Positions 49,911 to 53,991 of a DNA stretch of 53,991 bases are shown here, in pieces. Every line of letters starts with the position of its first letter. Position 1 is the first letter of the stretch. Made by a program: the position numbers and the translations under genes. The notes beneath the pieces were generated by a model, which was given only the letters and a program-made list of their open reading frames with translations, made no database searches and was not told where the DNA came from. The stretch is from contig DUNV01000125.1 of the NCBI GenBank assembly GCA_012839215.1, forward strand, positions 1 to 53,991. The letters are read 5' to 3'. This DNA is from Bacillota bacterium (lineage in GTDB: Bacteria > Bacillota > Dethiobacteria > DTU022 > UBA8154).

Positions 49911-51398
49911 TTGCAAATAAAACGAAAAAAAATCGGAATCACTGATACTACCCTGCGGGATGCACACCAATCTCTCATGGCGACGCGGATGCATCTAAAG
50001 GATATGCTGCCCATTTTACCGGAAATCGATCGGGTAGGCTATCATTCCCTGGAGGTATGGGGTGGAGCCACCTTCGATACGTGCCTGCGCTATCTGCAGG
50101 AGGATCCCTGGGAAAGGCTGGTAAGGATTAAGGAGGCCGCCCCGGAAACAAAGTTACAGATGCTCCTGCGCGGGCAAAATTTGGTTGCCTATCGTCATTA
50201 TGCCGATGATGTCGTCGATGCCTTCGCTGCAGCGGCCGTTAAAAACGGTATCAATATCGTCCGTGTCTTCGATGCTCTCAATGATATCCGCAACATGGAA
50301 AGGGCCATGCGTGCCGTCAAAGCTGCAGGAGGGCATGTTCAGGCAACAATTAGCTATACCATTAGCCCCCTGCACAGTATTGACCATTTCGTCGATCTGG
50401 CTGTCAAGATGGAAAAAAAGGGGGCAGATTCCCTTTGCATTAAGGACATGGCCGGGCTTATTGCTCCTTACGATGCCTTTGAGCTTGTCCTTAAACTTAA
50501 GGGTAGCATCAAGATACCCGTACAGCTACATTGCCATTTTACCAGCGGTATGGCCTCCATGGCCTATCTAAAGGCTATTGAAGCCGGCTGCGATGTGGTC
50601 GATACTGCCGCTGCCAGCCTGGCGCAGGGTTCCTCCCAGCCGGCAACCGACACTATCGTAGCCGCCCTGCGCCACACGCCCTATGATACAGAGCTTGATC
50701 CGGAACTCATTGCCCGCATTGGCGACTATTTCAAAAAAATTCGTGGAAATTATGAAGTTCCATTGGAGGTTGGCGTCGACACAGCCGTACTCAATTATCA
50801 GATTCCCGGCGGCATGATTTCCAACCTGGCTTCCCAGTTGGCCGCGCAAAATGCCTCGCACCTTATGGATGAAGTTTTGCGGGAGGTCCCGCGCGTCCGC
50901 CAGGAACTGGGTTACCCACCGCTGGTGACACCTTCGAGCCAGATTGTGGGGACGCAGGCAGTAATGAATGTTCTTACCGGGGAGCGCTATAAGGTCACCC
51001 TCACGGAGGTAAAAAATTATCTCAAAGGTCTCTATGGCAAACCTCCGGGGGAGATCGATCCTGATTTATTGAAAAAAGTTCTGGGAGGTGAGGAACCCTT
51101 CCAGGGAAGGCCGGCTGACCTACTCGAACCGCAAATGGAAAGGGCCAGGGAAGAATTGGGCGATTACCTGGAAAAGGAGGAAGACATACTTTCCTATATT
51201 CTTTTTCCCCAACAGGCCATGGCCCTATTCAAGGACAGGAAAAAAGGTGCTGCCGGCTCAAAAAAAACCGGCAATCCCGGAGCCGGGAATGGAATTTTGC
51301 AGGCCGGCCCGGAACCTAACCTGGAAAATATTTATACCGTGGATGAGACACTTTCTATAATAGAAGATGAACAGTATATCGTTTATCCTGTTGCCTGA
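49911..51398 (+). CDS. Carboxyltransferase subunit (oxaloacetate decarboxylase alpha / pyruvate carboxylase B / transcarboxylase 5S type) lacking a biotinyl domain
   Basis: ITDTTLRDAHQSL, HCHFTSGMA. The C-terminus has no AMKM biotinylation motif. TTG start with AAGGGAGG 8 nt upstream. Confidence 0.82.
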   Translation: MQIKRKKIGITDTTLRDAHQSLMATRMHLKDMLPILPEIDRVGYHSLEVWGGATFDTCLRYLQEDPWERLVRIKEAAPETKLQMLLRGQNLVAYRHYADDVVDAFAAAAVKNGINIVRVFDALNDIRNMERAMRAVKAAGGHVQATISYTISPLHSIDHFVDLAVKMEKKGADSLCIKDMAGLIAPYDAFELVLKLKGSIKIPVQLHCHFTSGMASMAYLKAIEAGCDVVDTAAASLAQGSSQPATDTIVAALRHTPYDTELDPELIARIGDYFKKIRGNYEVPLEVGVDTAVLNYQIPGGMISNLASQLAAQNASHLMDEVLREVPRVRQELGYPPLVTPSSQIVGTQAVMNVLTGERYKVTLTEVKNYLKGLYGKPPGEIDPDLLKKVLGGEEPFQGRPADLLEPQMERAREELGDYLEKEEDILSYILFPQQAMALFKDRKKGAAGSKKTGNPGAGNGILQAGPEPNLENIYTVDETLSIIEDEQYIVYPVA

Positions 51399-51484
51399 GG
51401 ATGAAGGGCAATCGCAAAACAATTGCCCCGGGGATATAAAATAATAGCCCATCCATAAGCGGTGAGGATGAAAAGGAATTTTTA

Positions 51485-51514
51485 TTGACAAGTAGAATCC
51501 CTTGCATATATAAT
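51485..51514 (+). promoter_or_regulatory. SigA-type promoter of the T-box/ilv leader
   Basis: TTGACA 51485-51490, 18-nt spacer, TATAAT 51509-51514. Confidence 0.6.
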
Positions 51515-51544
51515 TAATAGCAATTAAATATTCGCAAAACAATG

Positions 51545-51810
51545 ATGGGGATATGAGAAGCCTACTTTACCCTGCAGAGAGCCGCCGGTTGCTGTAAAGG
51601 CGGCGGGAAGATGACTTTTTCGTCACCCTGGAGTTCCTGCCTGAAAAAGACGGTTTATTTTTTTAAAGGGCTTTCTCTATTAGGGCAGGACGGCATGCCC
51701 GTTAACTGGTAAATTGTAGCTGAGGTGGCCTAAAATTAGAGGCAAAAAGGGTGGTACCGCGGAGAAACGGCTCCTTCGTCCCTGGTAAAAAGGATGAAGG
51801 GGCTTTTCTA
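51545..51810 (+). promoter_or_regulatory. T-box riboswitch leader controlling ilvE-ilvD
   Basis: AGAGAG bulge 51576-51581. Distal hairpin CCGCC/GGCGG 51582-51603. Stem III GCCT/AGGC about 51728-51743. T-box sequence AAAAAGGGTGGTACCGCGG 51744-51762. Terminator follows. Confidence 0.85.
51771..51809 (+). terminator. T-box intrinsic terminator
   Basis: Stem CCTTCGTCC 51774-51782 pairs with GGATGAAGG 51792-51800 (one G-U pair), followed by GGCTTTTCT. The 5' arm overlaps sequence able to pair with the T-box (antiterminator). Confidence 0.75.
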
Positions 51811-51887
51811 TAAATTAGACAAGGCAACGCAAAATAAAAGGGGAGGTGAAGGCCTGGCTTTCATATTCTACGAAAGACAGGCTGGCG

Positions 51888-52766
51888 ATGAGCGTGCAGA
51901 TCTATATCGACGGGGCCTATATTGCCAAGGAAGATGCAAAAATTTCTGTGTTTGATCATGGTTATTTGTACGGAGATGGTGTTTTTGAGGGGATTCGCGC
52001 CTACAACGGGAAGGTGTTTAAAATGCATGAGCACCTGGAAAGACTGTACGAGTCCGCTCATCATATTTTACTAGATATTCCCATTTCCCAGGATGAAATG
52101 GCTGCAGCGATGATGGAAACCCTGCGCAAAAATAACTTGAGCGATGCCTATATCCGCATCGTTGTTTCCCGGGGCGTCGGCGATCTGGGGCTCGATCCGA
52201 GGAAATGTTCGCGCGCCACGGTGGTCATTATTGCTGATCATATTTCACTTTTCCCCCAGGAACATTATGATCATGGCTTGGAAGTTATTACCTCGGCTAC
52301 CCGCCAGCGCAGCCATGATACCTTTGAACCCAGGATAAAGTCCTTAAACTATCTAAACAATATTCTTGTTAAATTGGAGGCAGCCCAGGCAGGAGCCATG
52401 GAGGCCATTATGTTGGATTCCCAGGGCTATGTCGTGGAAGGCTCCGGTTCTAATATTTTTATTGTCGATAAAAAAGGCCGGTTGCTAACTCCCCCGGTTT
52501 ATATCGGCATACTGGAAGGGGTCACGCGCAATACGGTCATCGAGCTTGCCCGTGAGGACGGTATGATCGTGGAGGAGCAACCCTTTACACGCCACGATCT
52601 TTATGTGGCCGCGGAATGTTTTCTAACGGGGACGGCAGCCGAACTGATCCCCGTTATCACTGTGGATAGACGTTCTGTCGGCGATGGAAAACCTGGGAAA
52701 CTGACAAAGTTGCTCATGGAAAAATTTCATATCTATGCGCAAAATAATGGTGTAAGTTTTGTTTAA
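51888..52766 (+). CDS. ilvE: Branched-chain amino acid aminotransferase (fold-type IV)
   Basis: KISVFDHGYLYGDGVFEGIRAY, EGSGSNIFIV, FLTGTAAELIPV. ATG 51888 fits homolog N-termini. The track GTG 51846 overlaps a GGGGAGGTG sequence. Confidence 0.9.
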   Translation: MSVQIYIDGAYIAKEDAKISVFDHGYLYGDGVFEGIRAYNGKVFKMHEHLERLYESAHHILLDIPISQDEMAAAMMETLRKNNLSDAYIRIVVSRGVGDLGLDPRKCSRATVVIIADHISLFPQEHYDHGLEVITSATRQRSHDTFEPRIKSLNYLNNILVKLEAAQAGAMEAIMLDSQGYVVEGSGSNIFIVDKKGRLLTPPVYIGILEGVTRNTVIELAREDGMIVEEQPFTRHDLYVAAECFLTGTAAELIPVITVDRRSVGDGKPGKLTKLLMEKFHIYAQNNGVSFV

Positions 52767-52811
52767 AAAGGTTAACTAAAAAAGATTATTTATGAAAGGG
52801 AGATAATATTT

Positions 52812-53991
52812 ATGCGAAGCGATCTGGTTAAAAAAGGACTGGAAAGGGCACCACACCGTTCTTTATTTTATGCGATGGGCTATCATCCCCGGGAATTGGA
52901 TAAACCGCTCATCGGTGTCGTCAATTCATATAATGAAATAATACCCGGGCATGTGCACCTGGACAAGATCTCCGCCGCTGTCAAGGCCGGAATATATGCC
53001 GCGGGCGGGACACCAATCGAATTTTTTACCATAGGTGTTTGCGATGGTATTGCCATGGGCCATACGGGCATGAAATATTCCCTGGCCAGCAGGGAACTGA
53101 TTGCCGATACGGTGGAGGCCATGGTCCTGGCGCATGGTTTCGATGCCCTGGTTTTTATCCCCAACTGTGACAAAATAATTCCAGGGATGCTCATGGCTGC
53201 CGGAAGGCTCGATCTTCCCTCTATTTTTATCAGCGGTGGACCAATGCTGCCTGGTGATTTCCAGGAGGGCAGGGTCAGCCTCAGCAATGTATTTGAGGCA
53301 GTTGGGGCTGTCAAAGCTGGAAAATTGAGCGAAGAGGAGCTTGGCGAACTGGAACTGGCCGCTTGCCCCGGCTGTGGTTCCTGTTCCGGCATGTTTACGG
53401 CTAATTCCATGAACTGTATGACGGAGGCCCTGGGCATGGCCCTGCCCGGCAATGGGACAGCCCCGGCTGTGATGGCCCGGCGTCTCAGGCTGGCCAAGGA
53501 AACAGGGATGAAAATCATCGAACTATTAGAGAACGATATCAGACCTTCAGCCATTATGACTCCCCAGGCGTTTCGCAATGCACTTGCCGTGGATATGGCC
53601 CTGGGCTGCTCGACCAATACTATCTTGCACCTCCCGGCCATCGCAGCTGAACTGGGTGTTTCCTGGGAGATGCAGGAGATCAACGTTATCAGTGAAAATA
53701 CTGCCCAACTCTGCTCTCTCAGCCCGGGGGGATCCCATTTTGTGGCAGATCTGGATAGGGCCGGCGGGGTCCAGTCTATCCTTAAGGAACTATATGGGGG
53801 CGGCCTAATCGATGGCGAGTTGCCTGCTGTGACAGGCGCCAAATTAAAAGATGGTTTTAAATCTGCTCCCGCTCCTGATGGGACCATCATTCGTACTCTC
53901 AGGGATCCCTATAAGCGTGAAGGAGGGCTTGCCGTTCTCTTTGGCAACCTGGCCCCTGAAGGCGCAGTAGTCAAACAGGGTGCGGTAGCAC
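52812..53991 (+). CDS. ilvD: Dihydroxy-acid dehydratase; C-terminus cut off by right window edge
   Basis: Hand translation gives [47 protein letters not shown] and [14 protein letters not shown]. No stop before the window end, hence absent from the track. SD GAAAGGGAG. Confidence 0.93.
   Translation, partial: MRSDLVKKGLERAPHRSLFYAMGYHPRELDKPLIGVVNSYNEIIPGHVHLDKISAAVKAGIYAAGGTPIEFFTIGVCDGIAMGHTGMKYSLASRELIADTVEAMVLAHGFDALVFIPNCDKIIPGMLMAAGRLDLPSIFISGGPMLPGDFQEGRVSLSNVFEAVGAVKAGKLSEEELGELELAACPGCGSCSGMFTANSMNCMTEALGMALPGNGTAPAVMARRLRLAKETGMKIIELLENDIRPSAIMTPQAFRNALAVDMALGCSTNTILHLPAIAAELGVSWEMQEINVISENTAQLCSLSPGGSHFVADLDRAGGVQSILKELYGGGLIDGELPAVTGAKLKDGFKSAPAPDGTIIRTLRDPYKREGGLAVLFGNLAPEGAVVKQGAVA

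Noticed and set aside
52883-53890. 335-aa minus-strand ORF (Ala/Ser/Pro-rich)
   Set aside because: It lies exactly antisense to the clearly recognisable ilvD reading frame ([17 protein letters not shown]..., [10 protein letters not shown]). It is low-complexity with no motifs, so it is a shadow ORF.

Overview
This window is the chromosomal replication-origin region of an endospore-forming Firmicute, with a Clostridia/Bacillus-type gene order and moderate GC by eye. I can support 52 protein genes and no tRNA, rRNA, CRISPR array or mobile element.

**Left arm (1-38460).** 40 of 41 genes are on the minus strand:
- rho (truncated by the window edge), a CaCA antiporter, glpX, tal, a Yip1-like membrane protein, pyrG
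- a polyamine cluster, pdaD-speE-speB
- an MBL-fold hydrolase, an MFS transporter, an alkaline-phosphatase-like protein, htrA, a histidine phosphatase, murA
- the cell-wall two-component locus walR-walK-yycH-yycI, preceded by a LysM/G5/M23 peptidase
- dnaB, a LonC-like protease, rplI, rpsR-ssb-rpsF, an AI-2E transporter, ychF, a DUF951 protein, adk
- yyaC, the only plus-strand gene on this arm
- parB-parA, noc, rsmG, mnmE, jag, yidC, yidD, rnpA, rpmH

**oriC and right arm.** oriC is bipartite, with DnaA-box clusters on both sides of dnaA. All 11 genes to its right are on the plus strand: dnaA, dnaN, recF, a DUF721 protein, remB, gyrB, gyrA, a membrane-anchored FAD_binding_2-like protein, a biotin-domain-less carboxyltransferase, and a T-box-controlled ilvE-ilvD (ilvD truncated by the window edge).

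**Verdict on a novel system.** I do not see convincing evidence for a novel multi-gene system. This is conserved core genome. The most interesting content is DNA-level:
- a perfect parS inside a 32-bp palindrome at the parB stop codon
- perfect and near-perfect Noc-binding sites
- a perfect WalR direct repeat in front of walRK
- the DnaA-box, DnaA-trio and AT-rich architecture of oriC
- a T-box leader with an unresolved specifier

There are also several deviations from canonical origin-region synteny: mnmG is missing, gdpP/yybS are missing, there is a stand-alone adk, and the DUF721 protein is a long Zn-ribbon form.
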